From positions 7,350 to 71,349 of the forward strand of contig DATNDQ010000014.1 of assembly GCA_035553475.1 (NCBI GenBank): a stretch of DNA of 64,000 bases, in the 5' to 3' direction. Position 1 is the first letter of the stretch. Every line of letters starts with the position of its first letter. This document shows, one piece after another, positions 18,015 through 28,085 of this stretch. Source of the DNA: Gemmatimonadales bacterium. GTDB lineage: Bacteria; Gemmatimonadota; Gemmatimonadetes; Gemmatimonadales; GWC2-71-9. A model generated the notes under the pieces. That model searched no databases. It was not told where the DNA came from and saw only the letters and a list, made by a program, of their open reading frames with translations. The translations under genes and the position numbers were made by a program.

Positions 18015-19664
18015 GTGATGCGTCGCCTGTCCTTGCTGCTCCTCCTGCCTGTGGCCGCCTGCGGCCAGAAGGCCGATCTCGTCATCAATCACGGAATGGT
18101 CTGGACCGGAGCGACCTCGGGTGGCCCCCAACCTGGTGGCGTGGCCATCCAGGGCGACAAGATCATCGCCGTCGGAGACAGCGCGGCCCTCGCCCCGTTC
18201 CTGGGATCCGGCACGCGGGTGATCGACGCGAAGGGCGGCCTGATCACTCCTGGATTCAACGATGCGCATACGCATTTCGTCGACGGCGGATTTCAGCTCT
18301 CGTCCGTCGACTTGCGGACCGCCGCGACGCCTCAGGAGTTCGTGCGGCGCATCGCGGAGTTCGCCAAGACCCGGAAGCCCGGGGAGTGGATCACCGGCGG
18401 TGATTGGGACCACACGCTCTGGCCGGGCCAGCCCCTGCCGCGCCGCGAGTGGATCGATTCCGTTACACCCAACACGCCGGTCTTCCTCAGCCGTCTCGAC
18501 GGTCACGAAGCGCTCGCGAATACAGCCGCCCTGAAAGCCGCGAACATCACGAAAGCCACGCCGACGCCGACGGGAGGGGAAATCCTCCATGACGCGAAGA
18601 CCGGAGAGCCGACGGGGATCTTCAAGGACAACGCCCTCGCGCTGATTATCCGGGCGGTCCCCGATCCGTCGCCGGAGCGCGTCGACTCCGCCGTGGCACA
18701 CGCACAGGCGTATGCCGAGTCATTGGGACTCACGGGCACTTCGTTTGTGTCGGTGCCCTTTGCGGACTGGGCGAGCCTCCGGCGCATGGAGAAAGCCGGC
18801 AAGCTCACGATGCGGTTTACGCTGTACCTGCCGCTCACCCAGTGGCACACGGTTGCGGACTCGGTGAAGGCGCTGGGCGCGGGAGACGACTGGGTTCGCG
18901 TGGCCGGCGTCAAAGGCTACATGGACGGCTCGGCCGGCGCGCGCACTGCCAAGTTCTACGAGCCGTATTCCGATTCCGCCGGGTACACCGGTCTCTTTCG
19001 GAACCCCCCCGACAGCATGGCGAAATGGATTGGCGCCGCCGACTCGGCGGGCCTCCAGATCGCGGTGCACGCGATCGGCGATCAGGCGAACGGGGTCTTG
19101 CTCGGGATCTACGACAGCGTGGGGAAGGCCCACGGAGCGCGCGACCGTCGCTTCCGGGTCGAGCACGCCCAGCACTTGCGTGCCCAGGACATCCCGAAAT
19201 TCGGCTCGGACGGCATCATCGCTTCAGTTCAGCCATCTCACCTCACCGACGACGGGCGCTGGATCCAGACGCGCATCGGCCCTGAGCGCATCAAGACGAC
19301 CTATCCCTTCCGCACCATCCTCGATACGCACGGGGTGCTCGCCTTCGGGTCCGACTGGGATGTCGCGACGCCCGACCCCTTGAAGGGCATCGACGCCGCG
19401 GTCACGCGCCGCACCAACGACGGCAAGAATCCGGGCGGGTGGCAGCCCCAGGAGAAGATCACGCTCGCCGAGGCGCTCCGGGCCTACACCTGGGGCAACG
19501 CATTCGCCGTGTTTCAGGAAAAGAAGCGCGGCACACTGGCTCCCGGGATGTACGCCGACGTGGTGGTGGTCGACCGGAACCTCTTCACGATCCCCGCGGA
19601 CTCCATCGGGGCTTCGCACGTGCGCGTCACCGTCGTGGGCGGCAAGGTGGTGTTCGAGCACTAA
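18015..19664 (+). CDS. amidohydrolase family protein (YtcJ-like metal-dependent hydrolase), secreted/lipoprotein
   Basis: GTG 18015 or ATG 18018. Signal with LLLLPVAACG. Motifs PGFNDAHTHF, GYMDGS, AVHAIGD, FGSDWDV are typical of the Amidohydro_3 group. Confidence 0.85.
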   Translation: MMRRLSLLLLLPVAACGQKADLVINHGMVWTGATSGGPQPGGVAIQGDKIIAVGDSAALAPFLGSGTRVIDAKGGLITPGFNDAHTHFVDGGFQLSSVDLRTAATPQEFVRRIAEFAKTRKPGEWITGGDWDHTLWPGQPLPRREWIDSVTPNTPVFLSRLDGHEALANTAALKAANITKATPTPTGGEILHDAKTGEPTGIFKDNALALIIRAVPDPSPERVDSAVAHAQAYAESLGLTGTSFVSVPFADWASLRRMEKAGKLTMRFTLYLPLTQWHTVADSVKALGAGDDWVRVAGVKGYMDGSAGARTAKFYEPYSDSAGYTGLFRNPPDSMAKWIGAADSAGLQIAVHAIGDQANGVLLGIYDSVGKAHGARDRRFRVEHAQHLRAQDIPKFGSDGIIASVQPSHLTDDGRWIQTRIGPERIKTTYPFRTILDTHGVLAFGSDWDVATPDPLKGIDAAVTRRTNDGKNPGGWQPQEKITLAEALRAYTWGNAFAVFQEKKRGTLAPGMYADVVVVDRNLFTIPADSIGASHVRVTVVGGKVVFEH

Positions 19665-19807
19665 GCTGTTACAAACTGTGACGTTACATGGGTAGCGGAC
19701 GGCAGAGGGAAAGGCAGATTGAACGCCGGGCGTTTTGATCGGGAACGCCGCATTTACGACCGGACATGCCGCAAAACCGCCTGTCGAAACTGCACAGGAG
19801 AAGACCC

Positions 19808-20995
19808 ATGGACGTGCGCAAGACCGTCTGCTGCTTGATCGTGGGACTCGTCGCCGTCTCGAGCCGAGTGGCCGCCCAAAAAGACAGCATCGCTCAGATC
19901 GAGGCCCGAGTGAAGGCGGGTGATTCGCTCGACGCCGAAACCGAATTCCGGCTGGGCACCTACTACGAGTTCGCGAAACGCTACGACGATGAGGAGCGGG
20001 CCTTCCGGACCGCCATCGCCGCCGACCCGCGCTACGCTCCTGCCTACCTCTGGCTCGGCGACCTCCCCTACGTGCGCGAGCCCAAACTCGCCAAAGACGA
20101 AGAGAAAAACCGCGTACCGCCGGAATGGACCAAGCCGCTGGATGACGCCGCACGTCTCCGTCTCCAGGCACTGCTGATCGATCCGCTGGTCGACTGGCGG
20201 GCGCGCGGCGAGAAACCGATCCCGGAGGACATGGTCTCCCTCCCCGAGTACAAGGGATACGAAAAGGAAACGACCGACGCCTTGGCGTGGATCGGCATCG
20301 CCGGCTACGACTACGAGCGGTATGAGCTGTCGTTCAGCGCCATGGACCTCTACTGGAGCCGGCGGTATGGCTCGCTCCCGAACGACTCAATTCCGGATTG
20401 GGTCTTCATCTACCACGGGCTCGCCGCCGCCCACTTGAACGCGTACGACAAATCCACGAGCGACTTCGAGATCCTCCTGAAGCGGGCGACCAAAATCGAA
20501 CGCTCCGACTCGCTCATTCATTTCCCGCTCAACACCAACGACTTCCGCTATCTGCTAGCAATCTTCAAAGAGCGGATGCACAAGCCGGCCGATGCGGTCC
20601 AGCTCTACCAGGACGCGATCAACGCCGACCTCGGCCTCTACATGGCCCATGCCCGGCTGGCGCAGATGTATCGGGGCTACAAGATGTGGGACAAGGCGCA
20701 GGCCGAGGCGCAGGCGGCGGTGGATGCAAATCCCGACGACGCGTCGCTCCTCGTGGACCTCAGCGCCATCGACCGTGACGCGGGGCACCTCCCCGATGCG
20801 CAGGCCGCCCTGAAAAAGGCCACCACCCTCGACGCCCGATACCCCGAGGCCTACTACCGCCTCGGCATCGTGTCGCAGGAGCTCAATCAGCCGGCGGACG
20901 CGAAGACCGCGTTCACGCATTTCATCGCGGTCGCTCCGCACCGCCTCGCCACGGAAGTCACTGACGCGCACCAACGGCTCTCGACGCTGCACTGA
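19808..20995 (+). CDS. secreted TPR-repeat protein (paralog 1)
   Basis: ATG 19808, preceded by AGGAGAAG; signal MDVRKTVCCLIVGLVAVSSRVAAQ. TPR-like helices throughout. Clearly homologous along its length to the next gene. Confidence 0.7.
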   Translation: MDVRKTVCCLIVGLVAVSSRVAAQKDSIAQIEARVKAGDSLDAETEFRLGTYYEFAKRYDDEERAFRTAIAADPRYAPAYLWLGDLPYVREPKLAKDEEKNRVPPEWTKPLDDAARLRLQALLIDPLVDWRARGEKPIPEDMVSLPEYKGYEKETTDALAWIGIAGYDYERYELSFSAMDLYWSRRYGSLPNDSIPDWVFIYHGLAAAHLNAYDKSTSDFEILLKRATKIERSDSLIHFPLNTNDFRYLLAIFKERMHKPADAVQLYQDAINADLGLYMAHARLAQMYRGYKMWDKAQAEAQAAVDANPDDASLLVDLSAIDRDAGHLPDAQAALKKATTLDARYPEAYYRLGIVSQELNQPADAKTAFTHFIAVAPHRLATEVTDAHQRLSTLH

Positions 20996-21014
20996 CCGCT
21001 TCCTCGAGGTTACC

Positions 21015-22175
21015 ATGATCCGCCGTCTCGCTCTCGCCGTGCTCCTGCTCCCGGTCGCCCTCGGGGCCCAGCGCATCAAGCTTCCCGCGTCCCTGTCCGA
21101 TCTTCAGGCCCGTGCGCTGAAGGACTCGGATGACGCGGCGGCACAATACAACGTGGCGCTCGCGTACTGGAACGCGCAGCGATGGAATGACGCAGATTCG
21201 GCATTCCACCGCGCTATCCACCTCGACCCGCGGTTCGCACCGGCCTACGTCGGTCTTGCGTACTTGCCGTACGCGGAGCGCTCCTCGCTGGGCAACGAAG
21301 TCGTGGAGCAAGAGGTGCCGGCCGACTGGAAGCCCAAGGTCAAGGACTCCGACGAGATGCTGTCCCGGGCCCTGATCATCGACCCCCTCAGCGACATGCG
21401 GCTTGCCGGGGCCGTACGCGTGAGCTCGCAGGCGGCCCAGGAATACCTGAAGGAGTGGTACGGCGAATGGCTCGCCGACTACGAGGAAGGGCGTGACTAC
21501 TACTACAACGGCGATTTCGAGAAGGCCTACAACGATTTCACCCGCGTGACGAGGGACATCCGGGGGGAGATTCCCACGGTGCTCCTGTACTTCCACGGAC
21601 TCTCTGCCGCGCAGATCGGCAAGAACGACGAAGCCCTCGCCGACTTCGAGTCGCTTCGAGACCGCCTGCAAGGGGAAGAGCACCGGGACAGCACGCTCCA
21701 CATCCCTCTCAAGACCAATGACTACCGCTACATCGTCGGCGTCATGCAGGAACGTCTCGGCAAGCTCAACGACGCCATCGACTCGTATCGGGAAGCCGCG
21801 CGGAACGACCTGGGCCTCTTCATGGCGCACGTGCACCTCGCCAACATGTACGAACAGCACGCCATGTGGCCGCAGGCCATCCGTGAACGGCAGGAGGCGG
21901 CGAACGCCAACCCCGACGATCCGTCCCTGCAGCTCGATCTGGGCGAGACTTTCGCCCAGGCTGGCCAGTGGCAGGATGCGGAGAAAGCTTTGAAGGACGC
22001 CCAGACGGGGAATCCACGAGACGCCCGCGTCCCCTACTACCTGGGTGTGGTCGAGATGCAGCTCAACGACAAGGATGACGCCCGCAATGCCCTCAGCCGC
22101 TTCATCGCCATCGCCCCGAGCCGCTATGAACGCCAGGTCGCCGATGCCAAGAAACGCCTCGACTCGCTCCACTAG
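21015..22175 (+). CDS. secreted TPR-repeat protein (paralog 2)
   Basis: Signal MIRRLALAVLLLPVALGAQ. Shares blocks with paralog 1: DPR[YF]APAY, LIIDPL, NDLGL[YF]MAH, ANPDD, and the C-terminal RL[SD][TS]LH. Confidence 0.7.
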   Translation: MIRRLALAVLLLPVALGAQRIKLPASLSDLQARALKDSDDAAAQYNVALAYWNAQRWNDADSAFHRAIHLDPRFAPAYVGLAYLPYAERSSLGNEVVEQEVPADWKPKVKDSDEMLSRALIIDPLSDMRLAGAVRVSSQAAQEYLKEWYGEWLADYEEGRDYYYNGDFEKAYNDFTRVTRDIRGEIPTVLLYFHGLSAAQIGKNDEALADFESLRDRLQGEEHRDSTLHIPLKTNDYRYIVGVMQERLGKLNDAIDSYREAARNDLGLFMAHVHLANMYEQHAMWPQAIRERQEAANANPDDPSLQLDLGETFAQAGQWQDAEKALKDAQTGNPRDARVPYYLGVVEMQLNDKDDARNALSRFIAIAPSRYERQVADAKKRLDSLH

Positions 22176-23718
22176 GGCCCTGCTCGTCGCCTTGCTCGTG
22201 GCCGCGCCGGTGACCGGGGGCGCGGCCCAGCAGCGTACTTCCTATGAGGAGCTGCAAACCTTCTCTCAAGTGCTGACCTACATCTTCCACAGCTACCCGG
22301 ACTCGGTCAGCTACAGCATCCTGGTCAAGTCCGCGATCGACGGCGTACTTCGCGACCTGGACCCGCACAGCCTGTTCTTCTCGCGCCTCGACTATGAGCG
22401 GTTCGATTCGCTCCAGCGCGGTGACCTCGCCACGACCGGCGCGTCACTCGACGACGTCGACGGCGACCCGACGGTGCTCGGGATCTACCCGAAGAGTCCC
22501 GCGGAAGATGGCGGCGTCAGGCCTGGCGACCGGGTGCTCGCCATCAACGACACGGTGATTGCGGGCCTGGAGATCGAAACGGTGCGGCTCCGCATGGCCG
22601 GGGCCCCAGGGACCAAGGTCCGCGTCCGCTTCGCGCGCGGACCCAAACTCGAGCCCGACACCTTCACGGTGACCCTCAAGCGGAAGGCATTCGAGGAACG
22701 GGACGTCTGGTCGGTGCGGATGGTGGACTCGGTCACCGGGTTTCTGCGACTCGACGAATTCGGCGAGAAGTCTGCGGAACAGGTGCACGACGCCATCAAG
22801 ACGCTGAAAAAGCAGGGAGCGAAGCAGATCATCCTGGACCTCCGCAACAACCCCGGAGGCATCGTCGACCAGGCGGTGGACCTGGTTTCCGAGTTCGTGC
22901 CCAAGGGCACGATCGTCTTCAGCACCAAGGGACGGCGGGCCGACGTCGACACGACCTACCGCACGCGCAAAGACGGCGACTTCAGGGACCTTCCCCTCAT
23001 CGTTCTGGTGAACCAGCTCTCCGCCAGCGCCGCCGAGGCGACCGCCGCCTCCCTCCAGGACCACGACCGGGCTCTGATCATCGGAAGACGGACCTTCGGG
23101 AAGGCGCTGATGCAGTCCAACTTCATCCTGTCATCCGGCGAGGTCCTGCACATGACCATCGGTCACGTGATCTCGCCCTCGGGCCGGTACATCCAGCGAC
23201 GGTACGCGGGCCTGGCTGTGGAGCAGTACTACGATCTCGCCGGCAAGACGGGAGCGGCGAACGACACGGACAAGGTCTACCACACCGATGCCGGGCGCGC
23301 CGTACGAGGTGGCGGCGGAGTGCTCCCCGACATCGTGGACTCGGGCGGCGTGCAGCCGGCCGCCTGGTGGGCAGCGGCGCAGGACTCGGGATGGATTACC
23401 GCCGTGGTCGACTCGGTGGCCCTGACTCAGCCTGCGACCCCCGTGGGAATGGCCACCTTCGAAGCTTCGCTGCCCCGCTGGGGCAACACCCTCATGCCCG
23501 GCCTCCTGAAGCGGATTCGCGACCGGCTTCACGTCGAGGCGATGGTCGACTCAACCACCCAATGGCGGCTGGGCTACGAAGTGGGGCGCCGGGTGGTGGA
23601 AAATCGTTGGGGCGTGGACGCCATGTACGATCTGGACCTCCATCACGATCGGGACGTCCGCCTTGCCCTCGGCGCCTTCCCCAGGCTGAGCGACCTTTTG
23701 AAGGCGAAGCCCAACTAG
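22144..23718 (+). CDS. S41 family C-terminal processing peptidase
   Basis: ORF 22045..23718. ATG 22144 gives the signal-like [29 protein letters not shown] (32-nt overlap with the TPR gene; start uncertain). PDZ region, then [14 protein letters not shown] (catalytic Ser) and RRTFGKA (Lys). Confidence 0.8.
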   Translation: MPRNASTRSTRALLVALLVAAPVTGGAAQQRTSYEELQTFSQVLTYIFHSYPDSVSYSILVKSAIDGVLRDLDPHSLFFSRLDYERFDSLQRGDLATTGASLDDVDGDPTVLGIYPKSPAEDGGVRPGDRVLAINDTVIAGLEIETVRLRMAGAPGTKVRVRFARGPKLEPDTFTVTLKRKAFEERDVWSVRMVDSVTGFLRLDEFGEKSAEQVHDAIKTLKKQGAKQIILDLRNNPGGIVDQAVDLVSEFVPKGTIVFSTKGRRADVDTTYRTRKDGDFRDLPLIVLVNQLSASAAEATAASLQDHDRALIIGRRTFGKALMQSNFILSSGEVLHMTIGHVISPSGRYIQRRYAGLAVEQYYDLAGKTGAANDTDKVYHTDAGRAVRGGGGVLPDIVDSGGVQPAAWWAAAQDSGWITAVVDSVALTQPATPVGMATFEASLPRWGNTLMPGLLKRIRDRLHVEAMVDSTTQWRLGYEVGRRVVENRWGVDAMYDLDLHHDRDVRLALGAFPRLSDLLKAKPN

Positions 23719-23734
23719 GCTATTTTTGAGGCCT

Positions 23735-25867
23735 ATGGCCACCAAGACCCCCCCCCAGTCTCGCACCCAGACGAAGTCCGCCAAGTCCCAGCTCTCGAAG
23801 GCCGAGCTCTTGGACATGTACCGGCTGATGCTCCTGTCACGTCGGATCGACGACAAGGAGATCCAGCTCAAGCGCCAGAACAAGATCTTCTTCCAGATCT
23901 CGGGCGCCGGGCACGAAGCCATCCTGGTCGCCGCCGGGAAGGCGATGAAGTCGGCGTACGACTGGTTCTATCCCTACTATCGGGACCGGGCCCTCTGCCT
24001 CACCCTCGGCATGACCCCCACCGAGATGCTCCTCTCGGCCGTGGGCGCCGCCGAGGACCCCAATTCGGGTGGCCGGCAGATGCCCTCCCACTGGGGCCAC
24101 CAGGCGCTCAACATCGTCAGTCAGTCATCCCCAACCGGGACGCAGTTCATCCAGGCGGTCGGCTGCGCCGAGTCCTGGTATCGGGCGTCGAAGATTGCCG
24201 ACGCCGACGTGTCGGTGAAGAAGGACGAAGTGGTGTATTGCTCGTCGGGCGACGGCACCACGAGCGAAGGGGAGTACTGGGAGGCCTTGAATACCGCGTG
24301 CAATCTCAAGCTGCCCGTCGTGTTCCTCGTCGAGGACAACGGCTACGCCATCTCCGTGCCGGTCGAGGTCCAGACCGCCGGCGGCTCGGTCTCCAAGCTG
24401 GTCACCGGGTTCCCGGGCCTCTTCATTCAGGAAGTCGACGGCTGCGATCCCATTGCGTCGTATGAGACCATGCGCCGTGCGGTGGAGTATTGCCGCGAGC
24501 GCAAAGGTCCCGCACTGGTCCACGCACACGTCACCCGTCCCTATTCCCACTCGCTCTCCGACGACGAAATCCTCTATCGCCCCGCCAAAGAGCGCGAGGA
24601 AGACGCCAAGCGCGATTGCGTCGTCGTCTTCCCCAAGAAGCTCGTGGCGGACGGCATCGCGACCCAGGCGGAGATCGAGGCGATCCAGAAGCAGGTCGAC
24701 GACGACGTCCAGGTCGCGGCCGACATGGCGTTGGTGTCGCCCCAGCCGAAGACCGACACCGTCTACAACTACGTGTACTCCCCCGACGTGGACCCGACCT
24801 CGGAGCAGTTTGACACCGAGGACGATCCCCAGTTCAAGGGTGAGCCGACGACGGTCGTCGACCTCCTGAACGCGTGCATGAAGGACGAAATGGCGCGCGA
24901 CGCGCGCATTCTGGTCTTCGGCGAGGACGTCGCGGATGCCAGCCGCGAGGCGGCGCTCAAGGATGTGAAGGGCAAGGGAGGCGTGTTCAAGGTGACGTGG
25001 GGCCTGCAGCGCCAGTACGGCGGGGACCGCGTCTACAACTCACCGCTGGCCGAAGCCAACATTTTGGGACGCGCCATCGGGCTTTCGATGCGGGGCTGGA
25101 AGCCCGTAGTCGAGATCCAATTCTTCGACTACATCTGGCCCGCGTACCACCAGATCCGGAACGAGCTGGCGACCATGCGGTGGCGGTCGAACAACGCCTT
25201 CAAGTGCCCCGCGGTGGTCCGCGTGACGTACGGCGGCTATCTGAAGGGTGGTTCGATCTACCACTCGCAGACCGGTGCCGTCGTGTTTACCTCGGTCCCC
25301 GGGCTCCGCGTGATCTGTCCGTCCACGGCGCTCGACGCGAACGGCCTGCTTCGTACCGCCATCCGCTGCGACGACCCGGTGCTCTTCCTCGAGCACAAGC
25401 ACTTGTACCGTCAGACCTACAACAAGGCCCCGAATCCCGGCCCGAACTTCATGATCCCGTTCGGGAAGGCGCGGGTGGCACGGGAAGGCACCGACCTGAC
25501 GGTCATCACTTACGGCGCCGTGGTGCAGCGGGCCCTGGTTGCGGCGAAGATGCTCGAAGACGCTGACGGCACCAGGGTGGAGGTGATCGATCTACGGTCG
25601 CTCTCGCCGGTCGACTGGGAGACCATCGAACAGTCGGTCCGGAAGACCAACAAGGTCCTGGTCGCCTACGAAGACTCGCTGTCGTGGGGATATGGCGCCG
25701 AGATCGCCGCAAAGGTCGCCGACGTCTGCTTCCCGTGGCTCGACGCTCCCGTGAAGCGCGTGGCCTCGACGGACACGTTCGTCGCGTATGCGCCTGAGCT
25801 GGAGGATGTGATTCTGCCGCAGGCGGAAGGCCTGGCGGCGGCAATGCGGGAGCTGAAGGCCTTCTAG
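23735..25867 (+). CDS. 2-oxoacid (branched-chain type) dehydrogenase E1 component, fused alpha/beta subunits
   Basis: ATG 23735 in ORF 23726..25867. The N-terminal half resembles TPP-binding E1 alpha ([24 protein letters not shown]). The C-terminal half resembles E1 beta ([22 protein letters not shown]). Confidence 0.9.
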   Translation: MATKTPPQSRTQTKSAKSQLSKAELLDMYRLMLLSRRIDDKEIQLKRQNKIFFQISGAGHEAILVAAGKAMKSAYDWFYPYYRDRALCLTLGMTPTEMLLSAVGAAEDPNSGGRQMPSHWGHQALNIVSQSSPTGTQFIQAVGCAESWYRASKIADADVSVKKDEVVYCSSGDGTTSEGEYWEALNTACNLKLPVVFLVEDNGYAISVPVEVQTAGGSVSKLVTGFPGLFIQEVDGCDPIASYETMRRAVEYCRERKGPALVHAHVTRPYSHSLSDDEILYRPAKEREEDAKRDCVVVFPKKLVADGIATQAEIEAIQKQVDDDVQVAADMALVSPQPKTDTVYNYVYSPDVDPTSEQFDTEDDPQFKGEPTTVVDLLNACMKDEMARDARILVFGEDVADASREAALKDVKGKGGVFKVTWGLQRQYGGDRVYNSPLAEANILGRAIGLSMRGWKPVVEIQFFDYIWPAYHQIRNELATMRWRSNNAFKCPAVVRVTYGGYLKGGSIYHSQTGAVVFTSVPGLRVICPSTALDANGLLRTAIRCDDPVLFLEHKHLYRQTYNKAPNPGPNFMIPFGKARVAREGTDLTVITYGAVVQRALVAAKMLEDADGTRVEVIDLRSLSPVDWETIEQSVRKTNKVLVAYEDSLSWGYGAEIAAKVADVCFPWLDAPVKRVASTDTFVAYAPELEDVILPQAEGLAAAMRELKAF

Positions 25868-27714
25868 GACCGCATCAGGTCTTTGACTTCCCCGGCCGCG
25901 GCGATGGCATGGTCCACGTCGCGTGAGAGGGCCCGGGCTTGCTGCGTGGCCTGGGTAAGGTCGCCGAGCACGGCGCCGATCCCGGCGGACTTCAGGCGCA
26001 GCAGGTCGTACCGGACGTTCTGCATCGCCAGGACACAGGACTCGAGCTGCTCGCGCACCCCGTCCCGGCGTCCCACCAGATCCGCCAACGCCTGCCGCTG
26101 CCGCTCGAGCAGCGCCAGCTGACGGTCCCGCTCCGCCCCCTCGGGCTGCGCTTTCAGCTGGGTAATGCGTTCATCCAATCGGGGAACGCTCGTTCCATCC
26201 ACATCGGCACTCATCGCGTGCAACATCTTCGCGAGGTTCTCGGCGCGCTCCATCAGGGCGTCGACGGTCTGCGTGACTTCCGGCAGCCGCTCCTTGTCGG
26301 ATTGCGGCAGTCGCTGCACCACGCCGAAGATCGCCTGGCGGTCACGGCGGACCTGGTCGATGGTGGCCGCTTCATTCCCGTAGTCGTCCGTGCTGGCCGG
26401 AATGAGCGGCGTGCCCACCGCCGGAGAGAGCCGGGACTCCGCGGCATCCGGAGCGGCGGGGCGCATGAAGACGTCCCGCCAGCTGTAGCCGGCCTCCCAG
26501 AGGCGCCAGAAGCGCGGCAGCACCCCGAACGCGCCCCACAAGCCGATGGGCCAGATCGACCAACCCACCCCGCCGCCCGTGACGAGGTTCAGGAAGAGCA
26601 GGCCGCACGATACGGACGCCCACGAGACGAAGTTGGCGCGCGTGGCTTTCACCATCGCGGCCTCGCCACCGGGAGATTTCTGGAGCTGATTCCGATCCCG
26701 GTCGCGCTGCTGGCGGCGGACGGAGCGCCCGCGGCCGACGTCGGGGGAGCGCGGCACCGGCAGCGGAGCGCGGCCCTGAGGAGCGACGGGACGATTCAGG
26801 CCACTCGACCCGCGGCTCGTGACCACGCGCGGCGAGGGACGGAACGCCGGCGTCGAGCGGGACTCGAGCGCGCGCCGGAGCGCGTCAGCCGTCGGCCACC
26901 GCTTCTCGGGGTCCTTGTCCAGACAGCGCATCACACACGCCGAGAGTTCGGCGGGGCAATCAGAGCGCTTCGACGTGATGTCCGGTGCTTCCTCCGTGAT
27001 CTGCTTCATCAGGAGACCGGGCACGGTCGGCGCGGAAAACGGCAGCTCGCCGACCAGCATCTGATAGCCCACGACGCCCAGGCTGTAGAGGTCGGACCGT
27101 CCGTCGATCTCCCGCTCACCCAGTGCCTGCTCCGGGCTCATGTAGTGCGGTGTCCCGATAGCCACGCCCGTGCCCGTCAGCGTGCCCGGGCCCGTGGAGG
27201 AGGTCAACGCCTTGGCGATCCCGAAGTCCGTGACCATCACGCGGCCGCGGGACCCTTCGAGCAGAATGTTGTCGGGCTTTACGTCGCGATGGACGATCCC
27301 GACCGCGTGGGCGGCGCCGAGGGCGTCGACCGTCTCGAGCATGATGCGGCGAGCTTCTTCTGGAGGCAGCGTGCCCCGGCGCTGCAGCTTGCCGGAGAGC
27401 GGCTCGCCGTCCACGAATGCCATGATGAAGTAGACGAGGCCGTCCGGACCCTCGCCGACCGAGAAAATCGGAACGATGTGGGGGTGCGACAGACGCGCCG
27501 CGGTCTCGGCCTCCCGCAGGAAGCGGAGCCGGATTTCTTCGCGGAACGCGAGCTCAGGGGGGAGGACCTTGATGGCCACCCGGCGTTTGAGCCGTTCGTC
27601 GCGGGCGCTGTAAACAACGCCCATCCCGCCCCGGCCGATCTCACTGTCGACCGCATAGGCGGAACCGAGCGCCCGGGACAGGCGGCCCATTAACGAGTTG
27701 TCGTTCTCGCTCAT
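25864..27714 (-). CDS. serine/threonine protein kinase with C-terminal membrane and coiled-coil region
   Basis: Hanks kinase motifs: [34 protein letters not shown]. These are followed by a Pro/Arg linker, two hydrophobic helices ([14 protein letters not shown]..., [12 protein letters not shown]) and about 200 aa of helical heptad-like sequence. Confidence 0.9.
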   Translation of the reverse strand: MSENDNSLMGRLSRALGSAYAVDSEIGRGGMGVVYSARDERLKRRVAIKVLPPELAFREEIRLRFLREAETAARLSHPHIVPIFSVGEGPDGLVYFIMAFVDGEPLSGKLQRRGTLPPEEARRIMLETVDALGAAHAVGIVHRDVKPDNILLEGSRGRVMVTDFGIAKALTSSTGPGTLTGTGVAIGTPHYMSPEQALGEREIDGRSDLYSLGVVGYQMLVGELPFSAPTVPGLLMKQITEEAPDITSKRSDCPAELSACVMRCLDKDPEKRWPTADALRRALESRSTPAFRPSPRVVTSRGSSGLNRPVAPQGRAPLPVPRSPDVGRGRSVRRQQRDRDRNQLQKSPGGEAAMVKATRANFVSWASVSCGLLFLNLVTGGGVGWSIWPIGLWGAFGVLPRFWRLWEAGYSWRDVFMRPAAPDAAESRLSPAVGTPLIPASTDDYGNEAATIDQVRRDRQAIFGVVQRLPQSDKERLPEVTQTVDALMERAENLAKMLHAMSADVDGTSVPRLDERITQLKAQPEGAERDRQLALLERQRQALADLVGRRDGVREQLESCVLAMQNVRYDLLRLKSAGIGAVLGDLTQATQQARALSRDVDHAIAAAGEVKDLMRS

Positions 27715-27942
27715 TCCCCTCTAGAGCTCAGGCTAAAACGCAGGTGAGTACAGACTTGAAAGATTAGCCCTCTGGAACCTCTCCGGCAACCACACTAGCC
27801 ACCGCTACTTACGGAGTCTCGTCGCGCTCGTTTCTCCGCCGAACTGACCGCTCGGGGTACTCCCTTGGGCGCGGTTCGGCAGGTCCTGCCTCTTTGGCCG
27901 GGAAGTGAGGGAACGCCTCGCCTTGGAATGCGGTTCTTTCCT

Positions 27943-27958
27943 TGGCACGGTGGATGCA
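27943..27958 (+). promoter_or_regulatory. candidate sigma-54 (-24/-12) promoter upstream of lon
   Basis: TGGCAC-GGTGG-ATGCA compared with the consensus TGGCAC-N5-TTGCA. GG and GC are at the correct 11-nt spacing with one mismatch. It lies 128 nt upstream of the lon ATG. Confidence 0.3.
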
Positions 27959-27968
27959 CCTGCGTCAT

Positions 27969-28046
27969 CACACCCTAAAGGGTGTGCTCGGCGTATCACT
28001 GCGCTTGAAGCGCAGCGCGGTGCCGAGCCCAGGCTTCCAGCCTGGG
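27969..28046 (+). promoter_or_regulatory. structured leader: three consecutive hairpins upstream of lon
   Basis: H1: CACACCC-taaa-GGGTGTG (27969..27986). H2: CTCGGC...[CTGCGC-ttgaa-GCGCAG]...GCCGAG (27987..28027). H3: CCCAGGCT-tcc-AGCCTGGG (28028..28046), followed by an A-rich tract. Confidence 0.3.
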
Positions 28047-28085
28047 AAAAAAGAAAGTGCTGGATCAACCCAGGAGTCGATTGCG

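Noticed and set aside
25939-27693. 584-aa plus-strand ORF covering the kinase gene. Also 45325..47493 + and 46493..47767 - covering the MCP-like gene, 47620..48942 - covering pfkA, and 38359..39819 + and 39937..41688 + covering the hydrolase and M14 genes.
   Set aside because: The reasoning is the same. The opposite or alternative frame carries unmistakable Hanks kinase, MCP, PFK, DUF4015 and M14 motifs. These frames are compositionally non-protein-like.
27928-27978. 16-codon upstream ORF (MRFFPWHGGCTCVITP) in the lon leader region.
   Set aside because: It has no SD and starts upstream of the proposed sigma-54 start site. It is too short to evaluate and was kept only as a remote leader-peptide possibility.
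27750-28040. CTTGAA hexamers (about 27754 and 28003) as possible sigma-32 -35 elements for lon.
   Set aside because: No convincing CCCCATNT-like -10 element lies at 13-17 nt spacing (only CCCAGGCT at about 18 nt for the second). The evidence is weaker than for the sigma-54-type match.
27969-28046. Whether the hairpin cluster is a tRNA, SRP RNA or other known RNA gene. More generally, a search of all gaps longer than 80 nt for tRNA/rRNA.
   Set aside because: No cloverleaf, no GTTCRANYC T-loop, no SRP GGAA/AGCA motifs. No gap in the window has tRNA-like features, and there is no rRNA-like sequence.
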